Shown here: piece after piece, positions 7,436-17,446 of the stretch | Layout of the letters: every line of letters starts with the position of its first letter | Numbering within the stretch: the first letter of the stretch is position 1 | Assembly (NCBI GenBank): GCA_001804125.1 | Contig: MHFI01000064.1 | Location: 13,020-57,913 of the forward strand | Direction: 5' to 3' | Origin: Omnitrophica bacterium RIFCSPHIGHO2_02_FULL_51_18 | GTDB lineage: Bacteria > Omnitrophota > Gorgyraeia > 2-02-FULL-51-18 | DNA: 44,894 nucleotides | Notes under the pieces: model-generated | What the model saw: the letters and a program-made list of their open reading frames with translations, nothing else | Database searches by the model: none | Told to the model about the DNA's origin: nothing | Position numbers and translations under genes: made by a program

Positions 7436-8807
7436 CATTGAAGAGGCCTTAAAAGTCATGGGAGGCGCGGTGCTTGAGCCCTTGCGCGGAGACCGCAGTG
7501 TTCATAAAATTTCGACAGATACGCGGAGCCTCGAAAAAAACGACTTGTTTTTTGCGCTGAAAGGCGCGCGCTTCGACGGCCATGATTTCATCGCAGAGGC
7601 GCTTGAAAAGGGCGCCGGACATTTCGTGCTCTCGGGTGCCAAGGGCCCGACGCTTGAGCAGAAACGGTCGGCCAATTTTATTAAAGTGCCCGATACGCTT
7701 AAGGCCTACGGGGACTTGGCCAGATTTTATCGCCAGAAATTTAAAATCCCTGTGATTGCCATTACCGGAAGCTCCGGAAAAACCACTGTCAAGGAACTGG
7801 CGGCACATATTTTGTCCCAAAAGTTCAATGTGCTTAAGAATCGCGGCACCGAAAATAATCTTGTCGGCGTGCCGAAGACGATTCTTCGGCTTGAGAAAGA
7901 ACACGAAGTGCTGGTGCTTGAAATGGGCACCAGCGTTCCGGGGGAGATCGAAAGACTTTCTTCGATCGCCAGTCCCCAGGTGGGCATCATCACTCAAATC
8001 GGGTTTTCGCATCTGGAAGGGTTGAAAACACAGGAAGGGGTCCGTGAAGAAAAGCTGAAACTGATTTCCCATGTCGAAAGAGGCGGGATTGTGATCTTGA
8101 ACGGGGAGGACCCGATGCTGAAGGACGTGACGTGCGGTGTCCACAAGCTGGTGAGGGTCGGATCATGGAAGGACTGCGGGGATGTCACGGCTGAGCAGGT
8201 AAGGTGCCATGAGACCGGCAGTTCTTTTTACATCAAGGGCCGGATGTTTGAAACGCAGCTTCTGGGCCGCTACAACATCCTGAACTGTCTTTTTGCAATT
8301 GCCGTCGCCGAGGCGCTCGGCGTGGACACGTCCTTGATACAAAAGGCGGTCGGTTCTTTCAAGCCGGTCGCATCTCGCATGACGCTCAAAGTTATCGAAG
8401 GGATTCATTTTCTCGATGATTCTTATAATTCAAACCCCAGTTCCTTTAAAGCGGCGCTTGAGACGCTGAAGGAACTCAAGATCCGGGAAAAAAGGGGGGT
8501 TGTCTGCGGGGATATGCTGGAATTGGGCAAGTCGTCGGAAGCGCTTCACCGCCAAATCGGCGCGCTTTTGGCCTCGATGCTTTTTGATTTTGTGATTGCG
8601 GCCGGGACCCAGTCGAAGCATTTGGTCGACGAAGCGGTGAAGCGCGGGTTCGAAGCTAAAAAGATTCACGCGGTGAAAGACAGCAAAGAAGCGGGCAGGC
8701 TTTGCCGCGAAATAGCCGTTGCGGGAGACCGGGTCTTGGTGAAGGGCTCGCGCGGCATGCAGATGGAAAAGGTTTTCGATTGTTTTATCACTTCCTCTAC
8801 CCGTTAA
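7425..8807 (+). CDS. murF: UDP-MurNAc-tripeptide D-Ala-D-Ala ligase MurF
   Basis: STDTR, FDGHDF, ITGSSGKTTVKE, DDSYNSNP, GDMLELG, VKGSRG; ATG 7425 preferred. Confidence 0.95.
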   Translation: MDVSIEEALKVMGGAVLEPLRGDRSVHKISTDTRSLEKNDLFFALKGARFDGHDFIAEALEKGAGHFVLSGAKGPTLEQKRSANFIKVPDTLKAYGDLARFYRQKFKIPVIAITGSSGKTTVKELAAHILSQKFNVLKNRGTENNLVGVPKTILRLEKEHEVLVLEMGTSVPGEIERLSSIASPQVGIITQIGFSHLEGLKTQEGVREEKLKLISHVERGGIVILNGEDPMLKDVTCGVHKLVRVGSWKDCGDVTAEQVRCHETGSSFYIKGRMFETQLLGRYNILNCLFAIAVAEALGVDTSLIQKAVGSFKPVASRMTLKVIEGIHFLDDSYNSNPSSFKAALETLKELKIREKRGVVCGDMLELGKSSEALHRQIGALLASMLFDFVIAAGTQSKHLVDEAVKRGFEAKKIHAVKDSKEAGRLCREIAVAGDRVLVKGSRGMQMEKVFDCFITSSTR

Positions 8808-9868
8808 GAGAGATTTTTTTCGGGTTTAACGTATTTCGCTATATCACATTCAGGGCTGCGATGGCGAGCATCACGGCTTTTTTGGTGAGCCTGCTCATCG
8901 GTCCATGGATCATCCGTTTTTTACACCACCTCGATCTAAAACAGACGATCAAGCGCGAAGGCTTTTCCCGGCTTTACGAAGCGCATCAGGGAAAGGAAAA
9001 AACCCCGACGATGGGGGGGGTGTTAATTTTGGGGGCGCTTGTGATTTCCACGCTTCTTTGGGCGGATCTTTCGAACCCGTACATCTGGCTTTGCGTGTTG
9101 ACCGTTGTGTGGCTTGGCGCCATCGGGTTTATCGATGATTACCTCAAGCTCCTGAAAAAGGACTCGAAAGGGTTAAAGGCGGTGGGGAAACTCGCCGGGC
9201 AGTGGGTGCTGGGTCTCGGCATCGGTCTGTACCTTTATTTTGAGTCCGCCTCGTGGCAGTGGGTGAGTGTGCCATTCCTAAAACAGGTGTTTTTGGGGCT
9301 CGGGCCCCTGTTTATTCTGTTTGCGGCGCTCGTGATTGTGGGCTCGTCGAACGCCGTGAATCTGACCGACGGGCTCGACGGGCTGGCGATCGGCTGCACG
9401 GCGATGATTGCCGTGACTTACGGGGTTTTTAGCTATGTGGCCGGAAACGTGAAATTCAGCCAGTACCTCCAGATTCCTTTCGTGGACGGCGCCGGGGAAC
9501 TTACGGTGTTTTGCGCGGCGCTCTTCGGCGCGGGCATCGGCTTCCTGTGGTTTAATTCGCATCCGGCCAGCGTGTTCATGGGGGATACGGGGGCGCTGGG
9601 ACTCGGGGGTGCGCTTGGCGCAGTCGCGATTTTCACGAGAAAAGAGCTTTTGCTGCTTTGGGTGGGCGGTGTGTTTGTGGCGGAGGCGATTTCGGTGATT
9701 CTGCAGGTGGCCGGCTACAAACTGAGAAAAAAGCGCATCTTTCTGATGGCGCCGCTTCATCACCATTTTCAGCTCAAAGGGCTCAGCGAATCGAAGGTGG
9801 TGATTCGCTTCTGGATCATTTCGTTTATCTTGTCGCTTTCGGGCCTTGCGGCGCTTAAACTGCAGTAA
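8780..9868 (+). CDS. mraY: Phospho-MurNAc-pentapeptide transferase MraY
   Basis: TPTMGG, GFIDDY, NAVNLTDGLDGL, FMGDTG, MAPLHHHF; TTG 8780 preferred. Confidence 0.97.
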   Translation: MFYHFLYPLREIFFGFNVFRYITFRAAMASITAFLVSLLIGPWIIRFLHHLDLKQTIKREGFSRLYEAHQGKEKTPTMGGVLILGALVISTLLWADLSNPYIWLCVLTVVWLGAIGFIDDYLKLLKKDSKGLKAVGKLAGQWVLGLGIGLYLYFESASWQWVSVPFLKQVFLGLGPLFILFAALVIVGSSNAVNLTDGLDGLAIGCTAMIAVTYGVFSYVAGNVKFSQYLQIPFVDGAGELTVFCAALFGAGIGFLWFNSHPASVFMGDTGALGLGGALGAVAIFTRKELLLLWVGGVFVAEAISVILQVAGYKLRKKRIFLMAPLHHHFQLKGLSESKVVIRFWIISFILSLSGLAALKLQ

Positions 9869-9901
9869 GAGAGGTGTCGTCATCCTGACAGACTTTGATT
9901 T

Positions 9902-11266
9902 ATGAATTTTAAAAATAAAAAAGTCACGGTGGTGGGGCTGGGCCGCAGCGGGTTTGCGGCGGCTAAGTTTTTAGTCAGACAGGGGGCGATCGTGTTTGCG
10001 ACGGACGCCTCAACCCGGAGTGACGTCTTGGAGAATGCCTGCTTTTTGAAAAGTTTGGGGGTGCAAGCCGAAACGGGGCGGCACACCGCGCCTTTCATCA
10101 AAAAAAGCGCGCTGGTGGTGACGAGCCCGGGTGTTCCCAAGACAAGTCCGGCGCTTGTGTTAGCCAAGAAATACAGGCGGCCTGTCATCAGCGAAATCGA
10201 ACTGGCCTCTTATTTTTGCAAAGGCAGGATCATAGGCATTACGGGTTCAAACGGCAAAACGACCACGAGCCACCTGGTGCACCGCGTTTTGAAGCGCGCG
10301 GGCCGGAAAAGCGTTCTATGCGGAAATGTCGGCCGCTCTTTTCTGGACGCGCTGCCGGACATCGATTCAAAGAGCTGGGTGGTGTTGGAGCTCAGTTCAT
10401 TTCAGTTGGAGGACAGCCCGTCTTTTCGTCCGCGCATCGCCGTGGTTCTGAACATCAGCCCCAATCACCTTGATCGGCATAAAACGCTTGAAGATTATGT
10501 GAGTGCCAAGGAGCGTGTGTTTTTAAATCAAAAAAAAACCGATGCGCTGATTTTGAATTTTGATGACCCGGTCGTCAGGAAAATGGCAATGAAGGCTTGT
10601 TCCCGGGTGATCTCCTTCAGCAAAAGCCGTCTGCAACAAGGCGTTTTCTCGGACAGGGGCCATGTCGTGGTCCGGCAGAATGGCGCGGATGTCCGATGGC
10701 TTCGGGTCGCGGGTTTTCAGTTGAAAGGCAGCCACAACCTTGAGAACATCATGGCGGCCACGGCGGTTGCCTGCCTGCTTAAACTTCCCAAAAAATCAGT
10801 TCAAAGCGCTTTGGACCATTTTACAACGCTGGAGCACCGGATGGAGCCTCTGGGAAAGATCGGTGCCGTCCAGTTTGTGAATGATTCCAAGTCGACGACG
10901 CCCGACAGCACGAAGGCCGCCATTCAGGCCCTCCGAACGCCGATCGTGCTGATTGCCGGCGGGCGCGACAAGGGGGTTGATTTCGGCCGGATCGAGCCGT
11001 TGCTTTTAGAACAGGTGAAGGCCGCGGTGCTGTATGGGGAAGCGCGCCGGAAGATAGCCAGCGCCTGGAAAAGCTACCGCTCGTATCAGTTGCAGGAGGA
11101 TTTCAAGCAGGCCGTGGAACGGGGGTTTTCGCTGTGTTCGCCGGGCGACACGCTCCTTTTGTCACCGATGTGCGCGAGCTATGATCAATTTCATTCTTTC
11201 GAAGAACGCGGTGAAACCTTCAAACGCATCTTTGAAGAGTTAAAATGCCGTGCACCCGCCTACTGA
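9902..11266 (+). CDS. murD: UDP-MurNAc-L-Ala D-Glu ligase MurD
   Basis: VVGLGRSG, SPG, ITGSNGKTTT, ELSSFQL, NDSKST, LSPMCASYDQF. Confidence 0.97.
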   Translation: MNFKNKKVTVVGLGRSGFAAAKFLVRQGAIVFATDASTRSDVLENACFLKSLGVQAETGRHTAPFIKKSALVVTSPGVPKTSPALVLAKKYRRPVISEIELASYFCKGRIIGITGSNGKTTTSHLVHRVLKRAGRKSVLCGNVGRSFLDALPDIDSKSWVVLELSSFQLEDSPSFRPRIAVVLNISPNHLDRHKTLEDYVSAKERVFLNQKKTDALILNFDDPVVRKMAMKACSRVISFSKSRLQQGVFSDRGHVVVRQNGADVRWLRVAGFQLKGSHNLENIMAATAVACLLKLPKKSVQSALDHFTTLEHRMEPLGKIGAVQFVNDSKSTTPDSTKAAIQALRTPIVLIAGGRDKGVDFGRIEPLLLEQVKAAVLYGEARRKIASAWKSYRSYQLQEDFKQAVERGFSLCSPGDTLLLSPMCASYDQFHSFEERGETFKRIFEELKCRAPAY

Positions 11267-11276
11267 AAGCTCAGTA

Positions 11277-12377
11277 ATGGAACCTTTAAGAAAGGCCAAA
11301 GATCTCCTGTTTGGATCCGCAATGATTTTAACCGCGATCGGCATTGTCATGATTTACAGCGCGAGCGCCATCTACGCAAACGAACAGATGAAGGATAGCG
11401 CTTATTTCTTAAAGAGGCATCTGGTCTATCTTTCGATCGGTGCGGTGTTGGCGTACCTGGCGTCTGCGATCAACTACCGCTTGTTGCGGAAACATGCAAA
11501 GAAAATCCTGGGGTTTGTGATGGTGCTCATGGTGCTGGTGCTGATCCCCCATGTGGGCCACGCCAGCGGCGGCGCGCGCCGATGGTTTAAGGTGCTGGGT
11601 TTCAGTTTTCAGCCCTCCGAATTTTTAAAACTGGCGATCATTTTTTATTTTGCGGATTTTCTGGATCGCCGCAAGGAATACCTGTCGGACCTGAAGCGCA
11701 CGGTGGCGCCGGCGCTTTTCGTGGTGGGGATTTGTTCGGGGCTCGTATTTTTACAGCCGGATCTCGGTACGGCAATCACCGTGGCGCTCGTGGCATTTCT
11801 TTTATTTTTCGTGGCGGGTTTTAAAGTCGTGCATTTGGTGACCGCGATCCTCCTGGCGCTGCCGGGGCTCGCGTACGCGATGCTTGCCAAGCCTTACCGG
11901 AGAAAGCGGATCCTTGCGTTTTTTAACCCGTGGGAAGACCCGCGGGGCGTCGGATTTCAGATTATCCAGTCGTTCTTGGCGTTCGGCTCGGGCGGAATTT
12001 TCGGCGTGGGCCTCGGGCAGTCTCAGCAGAAGCTTTTCTACCTTCCGGAGTCGCACACGGATTTCATATTTTCAATTATCGGGGAGGAACTCGGATTTCT
12101 CGGGGCCGGCGCGATCGTGGCGCTCTTCATCGCGTTCGTGTTTGCCGGCATGGTGATCGTGATGCGTTCACCCAGTTTTTTTTCACAGCTTTTCGCGCTC
12201 GGGCTTGTGGGGCTGATAGGTCTTGAGGCCGTGGTCAATATCGGGGTGAGTTTGGGCGCGCTTCCGACGAAAGGCCTGTCGCTGCCTTTCATCAGCTACG
12301 GCGGTTCCGCGCTTTTGGTGAATATGATGGCCGTGGGATTTTTGATCAATATCTCCAAAGAATTGCCGCTGGAATGA
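11277..12377 (+). CDS. ftsW: SEDS peptidoglycan polymerase FtsW
   Basis: GARRW, FQPSEFLK, QPDLGT, LPESHTDFIF, LPFISYGGS; ATG 11277 preferred. Confidence 0.96.
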   Translation: MEPLRKAKDLLFGSAMILTAIGIVMIYSASAIYANEQMKDSAYFLKRHLVYLSIGAVLAYLASAINYRLLRKHAKKILGFVMVLMVLVLIPHVGHASGGARRWFKVLGFSFQPSEFLKLAIIFYFADFLDRRKEYLSDLKRTVAPALFVVGICSGLVFLQPDLGTAITVALVAFLLFFVAGFKVVHLVTAILLALPGLAYAMLAKPYRRKRILAFFNPWEDPRGVGFQIIQSFLAFGSGGIFGVGLGQSQQKLFYLPESHTDFIFSIIGEELGFLGAGAIVALFIAFVFAGMVIVMRSPSFFSQLFALGLVGLIGLEAVVNIGVSLGALPTKGLSLPFISYGGSALLVNMMAVGFLINISKELPLE

Positions 12378-13462
12378 AAGTATTGCTGGCTTGCGGAGGC
12401 ACCGGAGGGCACATTTTTCCGGCGTTCAGCGTGGCCGAGGAGCTTAAAGCGCGTGATCCGCGAACGAGGATCGTGTACGTTTGCGGGAAAAAGGACATTG
12501 AGAGCGCGATATTTAAAATTATAGGAACCCAGGAGGTATTCTCGGTGGACAGTGCCGGATTCCGCGGCGCTTCATCTTTATTGAGTCCTTCATTTCTGTT
12601 AAAATTAGTCAGGGGATTCTTGTTTTCGTTCCGGATCCTGAAAAACGAAAAACCGGATGTGGTGGCGGGGTTCGGCGGCCACACTTCGTTTCCGGTAATC
12701 ATGGCGGCCAGGGTGTTAGGGATCCCGACGCTGATTCATGAGCAGAACGTCATACCGGGAGCTGCCAACAGGCTTCTGGCGTATTTTGTCAAAGGGCTGG
12801 CGCTGAGCTTTGAGGAGAGCCGCATCTATTTCAGGGCCCCTCGGTGCGTGCGCGTGACCGGCAACCCGATCCGAGCGTCGATAGAGCGTGAGTGCCGGGA
12901 GGAGGCGCTTAAGTTCTTTAGGTTTTCAGACCATAAAAAGACACTTCTCGTATTGGGAGGGAGCCAGGGTGCCGAGTCGATCAACACGGTGTTCTTTGAG
13001 GTTTTAAATGAGCTCCCGGAAAGCTTGAAGGAAAAACTGCAAGTGCTTCATTTGTGCGGCAAGATGCCGGAAACAGAAGCGGAGCAAAGATACAGCGCGG
13101 CGGGAATCGCCGCGCGCGCTTATTCATTTTTCGACCGCATGGACCTGGCATACGGGGTGACGGATGTGGCTCTGGGCCGGGCGGGAGCCACGTTTTTGGC
13201 CGAGATTCAGGCAAAAGATATTCCCGCGATTCTCGTGCCGTATCCGTTTGCCGGAGAACACCAACTCATGAACGCGAAAGTGTTTGCGCGTGAAAAGGAA
13301 GCGGAAATTATCGCCCAAAGCGAACTCAATCCGGTGACGCTCAAAAAATCGCTCGAAAAATATTTAACGCAAGTCCGGCAAAAAGCGCGCCCGCCGGGTC
13401 TTTCCGGTTCGTTGTCCCCGGCGCGCGCGCTTTTGGCGGATTTTATTGAGGAATTTGTATGA
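12374..13462 (+). CDS. murG: Lipid II GlcNAc transferase MurG
   Basis: GGTGGHIFP, HEQN, TGNPIR, GGSQGA, RAGA, HQLMNA. Confidence 0.97.
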   Translation: MKVLLACGGTGGHIFPAFSVAEELKARDPRTRIVYVCGKKDIESAIFKIIGTQEVFSVDSAGFRGASSLLSPSFLLKLVRGFLFSFRILKNEKPDVVAGFGGHTSFPVIMAARVLGIPTLIHEQNVIPGAANRLLAYFVKGLALSFEESRIYFRAPRCVRVTGNPIRASIERECREEALKFFRFSDHKKTLLVLGGSQGAESINTVFFEVLNELPESLKEKLQVLHLCGKMPETEAEQRYSAAGIAARAYSFFDRMDLAYGVTDVALGRAGATFLAEIQAKDIPAILVPYPFAGEHQLMNAKVFAREKEAEIIAQSELNPVTLKKSLEKYLTQVRQKARPPGLSGSLSPARALLADFIEEFV

Positions 13463-15717
13463 CGGCGCCCGGGGCGGTGCATTTCATAGGGATCGGTGGA
13501 GTCGGGATGAGCGGCATCGCGCGCATGTATCTTTCGATGGGACATGCCGTGCAGGGCAGTGACGTGAAGCGAAATGCGATGCTGGATGCGCTTGAGAGTG
13601 ACGGCGCCCGGATTTTAATAGGTCATGATCCTGGCCATGTGACCGGGGCGGGCCTGGTGGTTTATTCCTCTTCAATCCCTGAAAATCACCCGGAGCGTGT
13701 GGCCGCCAAGGCCAAAGGCATGCGTCTCATCCATCGTTCCGAAGCGCTGGCGGAGCTGTGCCGGGGTAAGTTCACGATTGCGGTGACCGGCACTCACGGC
13801 AAAACGACTACGACGGCGTTGGTGGGCATGGTATTAAAGGAAGCCGGCCGCGATCCTTCGATCGTCGTGGGGGGCGTCGTGAATTCGTTCGGCGGCAATG
13901 CCTGCTATGGGCAGGGCCCCGAAGTGGTCATTGAAGCCGACGAAAGCGATTCGTCATTTTTAAATTTTTCCCCCTCGGTCGAAGTGATTACGAACATCGA
14001 AGCCGAACACATGGACCACTTCGGCACCATGGAATGTGTTGAAACGGCTTACCGGGATTTCATTCGGCGCCTGCCCCCGGAAGGCGAGTGGTTTGGCTGC
14101 TCGGAAGATCCGCGGGTTTTGAAAATCGCCGGGATGGGTCTTCGCAAGGCGACCCGCTATGGTTTTGATCCGGAAAGAAGCGAGCTTTACGCGACCGACA
14201 TCGTGGAATGTGAAAATGGCGTGCGGGGGGTCGCTTTTAAGGTTTGGAGAAAAGGCGAATGTCTGGGGCTTGTGAAACTGAGGATCGTGGGACGGCACAA
14301 TGTGTTGAATGCGCTCGGCGCGATCGGCGTCGGCATAAAGCTGGGTGTTTCGTTTGGCCAGATTGTGAGCGGGCTTGAGAAATATGAGGGCGCCGGACGG
14401 CGGTTTGACGTGAGGTATGAAGACTCAAAATTTCTGGTCGTGGATGATTACGCGCATCACCCGACGGAAATCCGCGAGACCCTGAAGGCCGCGAAGGGCT
14501 TGAACAGGAAAAGGATCGTGGCTCTCTTCCAACCGCACCGTTACACGCGCACGCAGGCGCTTTTGGAGGAGTTTGGGAACAGCTTTTGGGCCGCCGACAA
14601 ACTTTTCATTACGGATATTTACGCAGCGAGCGAAGAGCCGATCCCGGGTGTGAGCGGCGCAAACGTTTATCGGGCCGTTAAAGGCGCGGGCCACCCGAAT
14701 GTCTTGTTTATTGAGAGAAACCGCGCGGCTCAGGCGGTGCTTCAAGAGGTCCAGGCCGGGGATCTGGTGATCGCGCTCGGCGCCGGCGATATTTTTCAGG
14801 TAGCGGATGAGCTTTCTGATTTTTTGAAAAGGAATATTTTTTCCGGGAGGGTCCGGGGAAAAGTGCTTTTTAACGAAGCGCTTTCGAAACACACGTCGCT
14901 TAAAGTCGGCGGCCCGGCTGAATTCTGGATTGAGCCCGAAGATGAAGAGGACTTGGAGAGCGTTTTGTCGGTGTGCCTGGAAAACGGAATTAAAATTACG
15001 GTGTTCGGCGGCGGCAGCAATGTATTGCCTCCGGATTCAGGGTTGAAAGGCGCGGTGATCCACCTGAATTCGCTTTATTTCCGCAAGATTTGGGAGGAGA
15101 ATGGCCGTGTGACCGCGCGCGCGGGGGTCCCCAACACGCTTTTCATTCAATATGCGCTGGGGCAGGGTTTGGGGGGACTTGAGTTTTTGTCGGGCATTCC
15201 GGGCTGCGTCGGCGGCGCGGTGGCGATGAACGCCGGGAGCCACGGCCAATCCGTCGACACGCTGGTAGAGCGTGTGCGCGTGGTTTATTTTTCAGGTGAG
15301 CGGCGGACGCTTAAGAAAAACGAAATCAGTTTTAATTACCGTTCCTCCGGGCTCGGGGACTGCATTATTACGGAAGCTTCTTTCGCGCTTCCGAAGTGCG
15401 ATGGGGCCCGGATCCGGAAGCTCCTTGAGGAGTATCGCGGCTACCGGGCGAGGACCCAGGATCTGTGGCATGCCAGTGCCGGCTGCATGTTTAAGAATCC
15501 CGCCGAGGGCGGTGCTTCGAGCGGGAAGCTGATTGAGGACGCGGGGCTGAAAGGCAGGACACTAGGCAAGGCGCAGGTGTCCCCGAAACACGCCAATTTT
15601 ATAGTCAATCTCGGCGGCGCAAGCTCCCGGGACGTGCGTGCGCTGATTGAAGAAGTTAAAAAAACGGTTTATGAAAAATTTCACGTCGAACTTGAAACGG
15701 AAGTGAAGATCTTTTGA
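13459..15717 (+). CDS. murC/murB: MurC-MurB fusion (L-Ala ligase + enolpyruvyl-GlcNAc reductase)
   Basis: MurC motifs GIGGVGMSG, GTHGKTTTT, EADESD, DDYAHHPTE, then without stop MurB motifs HTSLKVGGPA, GGGSN, GIPG..GGAVAMNAG, SAGCMFKNP, KHANF, LETEV. Confidence 0.95.
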   Translation: MTAPGAVHFIGIGGVGMSGIARMYLSMGHAVQGSDVKRNAMLDALESDGARILIGHDPGHVTGAGLVVYSSSIPENHPERVAAKAKGMRLIHRSEALAELCRGKFTIAVTGTHGKTTTTALVGMVLKEAGRDPSIVVGGVVNSFGGNACYGQGPEVVIEADESDSSFLNFSPSVEVITNIEAEHMDHFGTMECVETAYRDFIRRLPPEGEWFGCSEDPRVLKIAGMGLRKATRYGFDPERSELYATDIVECENGVRGVAFKVWRKGECLGLVKLRIVGRHNVLNALGAIGVGIKLGVSFGQIVSGLEKYEGAGRRFDVRYEDSKFLVVDDYAHHPTEIRETLKAAKGLNRKRIVALFQPHRYTRTQALLEEFGNSFWAADKLFITDIYAASEEPIPGVSGANVYRAVKGAGHPNVLFIERNRAAQAVLQEVQAGDLVIALGAGDIFQVADELSDFLKRNIFSGRVRGKVLFNEALSKHTSLKVGGPAEFWIEPEDEEDLESVLSVCLENGIKITVFGGGSNVLPPDSGLKGAVIHLNSLYFRKIWEENGRVTARAGVPNTLFIQYALGQGLGGLEFLSGIPGCVGGAVAMNAGSHGQSVDTLVERVRVVYFSGERRTLKKNEISFNYRSSGLGDCIITEASFALPKCDGARIRKLLEEYRGYRARTQDLWHASAGCMFKNPAEGGASSGKLIEDAGLKGRTLGKAQVSPKHANFIVNLGGASSRDVRALIEEVKKTVYEKFHVELETEVKIF

Positions 15718-16646
15718 GAGAAGAAAAAATAGTGGTGCTGGCCGGCGGGCCTTCCTGCGAAAGGGAGGTTTCGCTCAGCTCAGGGAAGGCCGTGTTTGAT
15801 GCCTTGTCATCCCGGGGTCTTTCGGTGCGGTTGCTCGACCCGGTCGGGGATTTCATCCGCGAACTTAAGAAGGAAAAAGTCACGGTTGTTTTTATTGCGT
15901 TGCACGGCGAGTTTGGAGAGGACGGGACCCTGCAGGGCTTGCTTGAAGAAGCCAATATCGCTTACACCGGGTCGGGCCCCGGGGCCAGTGAACTGGCGTT
16001 TCACAAGTCGAAGTCCCAATTCATTTTTAAACAGGCTAAATTGCCGGTGCCCGAATTTTATGTATCGGCTGAAAAAGATTTTTCCGGGGCCTCTTCCTCA
16101 AAAATGAATTTCCCGGTGGTTGTGAAGCCTTCGGCCGCCGGTTCGAGCTTCGGCGTGAGCGTCGTTTTCAGCGCCAGCGACTTTCAAAAGGCCTGTCGGG
16201 AGGCGTTTCGTTATTCCCATGAAATTCTCGTTGAGCGCTATATCCGGGGACGGGAGCTGACGGTGGGAATTTTGGAAGAAAAGCCGCTGCCGATTGTCGA
16301 AGTCATGGCCCGGAGGAGTTTTTATGACTACGAGGCAAAGTACAAGGACGCGGGTACGCGCTATGAGTGCCCGGCGAAGCTTGAGGCCGGCCTCGCGCGC
16401 CAGCTTCAGAAAATCGCCGTTCACGCGCATCAAGCGCTGGGTTGTGAGGTTATGAGCCGCGCTGATTTCATTTTAGGCGGCGACGGCTCGGTTTTTCTGC
16501 TGGAAATCAATACGATTCCCGGGTTGACCGGCAAGAGCTTGCTGCCGAAGGCCGCAAAAGCGGCGGGGGTCGATTTTCCGGGTCTTTGTGTTAAAATCTT
16601 AGAATCTTCTTTAAAGAAAAGGCTGTTGTCATGGTCAAACCGCTGA
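15714..16646 (+). CDS. ddl: D-alanine--D-alanine ligase
   Basis: GGPSCEREVSL, LHGEFGEDG, GSSFG, YDYEAKY, LEINTIPG. Confidence 0.96.
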   Translation: MREEKIVVLAGGPSCEREVSLSSGKAVFDALSSRGLSVRLLDPVGDFIRELKKEKVTVVFIALHGEFGEDGTLQGLLEEANIAYTGSGPGASELAFHKSKSQFIFKQAKLPVPEFYVSAEKDFSGASSSKMNFPVVVKPSAAGSSFGVSVVFSASDFQKACREAFRYSHEILVERYIRGRELTVGILEEKPLPIVEVMARRSFYDYEAKYKDAGTRYECPAKLEAGLARQLQKIAVHAHQALGCEVMSRADFILGGDGSVFLLEINTIPGLTGKSLLPKAAKAAGVDFPGLCVKILESSLKKRLLSWSNR

Positions 16647-17446
16647 AAAGTAAGGTAAGAAGAAGGAACCTAAGCCCGATTTTCTCCGTTAAGTTTTTGG
16701 GGGGATTTAAATCGTTTTTACTTTCCTCGCTGCCGTATATTCTTTCGCTCACCGTGCTGGGTGTTTTATTCGGCACCGTGGCGGTGTATGCGGTGAATTC
16801 TCCGTCTTTCCGTCTGGAGGAGGTTCGCGTGCTGAATATCGGGAGCTTGGCGGCGGAACAGGCGTTTAAATTTTGCGAGCTTCAAAAAGGCGAGAATCTC
16901 GTGACGTTGGACCTTGTGAATGTGCAGGAGCTGATCAAAAGAAAGCACCCGGAGTTTAAGGAGGTGCGCGTCAGGCGTGTGCTCCCAAACCGCATCGAGG
17001 TTCTTTTGAAACGCCGCACGCCGATAGCGCAGATCGCGTTTTCATCCCGTTACGTGCAGGTGGACAAGAGCCTGGTGGTTTTGCCCGGCACGGCTTCGTC
17101 GCCGTTTCGGAATCTTACGATTCTGGAAGGCGTGCCGGTCCCACCCGAGGGGTTGCTGGTAGGCGCGAGCCTCCGCGAGGCGGGGACACTCAAAGCTTTA
17201 AAACTGGCCGAGTATATCAAGGGGCATCGTTTGCTGCGAAAGCACACTCTTTCCAGAATCGATATCAGCGATCCCAGGAACATATCCGTTTATGTGGACG
17301 GCGATATCGAAATCCGTCTGGGATTCACGCACTTGGTGGAGAGGCTCAAAATTCTCGATCAGACGTTGAAGACGGTGGAGCTCGATCGGGTGAAAATACG
17401 TTACATTGATCTTCGCTTCGACGACGTGGTAATCGGCCCCCGATGA
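16631..17446 (+). CDS. ftsQ: Cell division protein FtsQ/DivIB
   Basis: Single TM, POTRA-like VRVRRVLPNRIEV, C-terminal YIDLRF; position after ddl. Confidence 0.88.
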   Translation: MVKPLKSKVRRRNLSPIFSVKFLGGFKSFLLSSLPYILSLTVLGVLFGTVAVYAVNSPSFRLEEVRVLNIGSLAAEQAFKFCELQKGENLVTLDLVNVQELIKRKHPEFKEVRVRRVLPNRIEVLLKRRTPIAQIAFSSRYVQVDKSLVVLPGTASSPFRNLTILEGVPVPPEGLLVGASLREAGTLKALKLAEYIKGHRLLRKHTLSRIDISDPRNISVYVDGDIEIRLGFTHLVERLKILDQTLKTVELDRVKIRYIDLRFDDVVIGPR

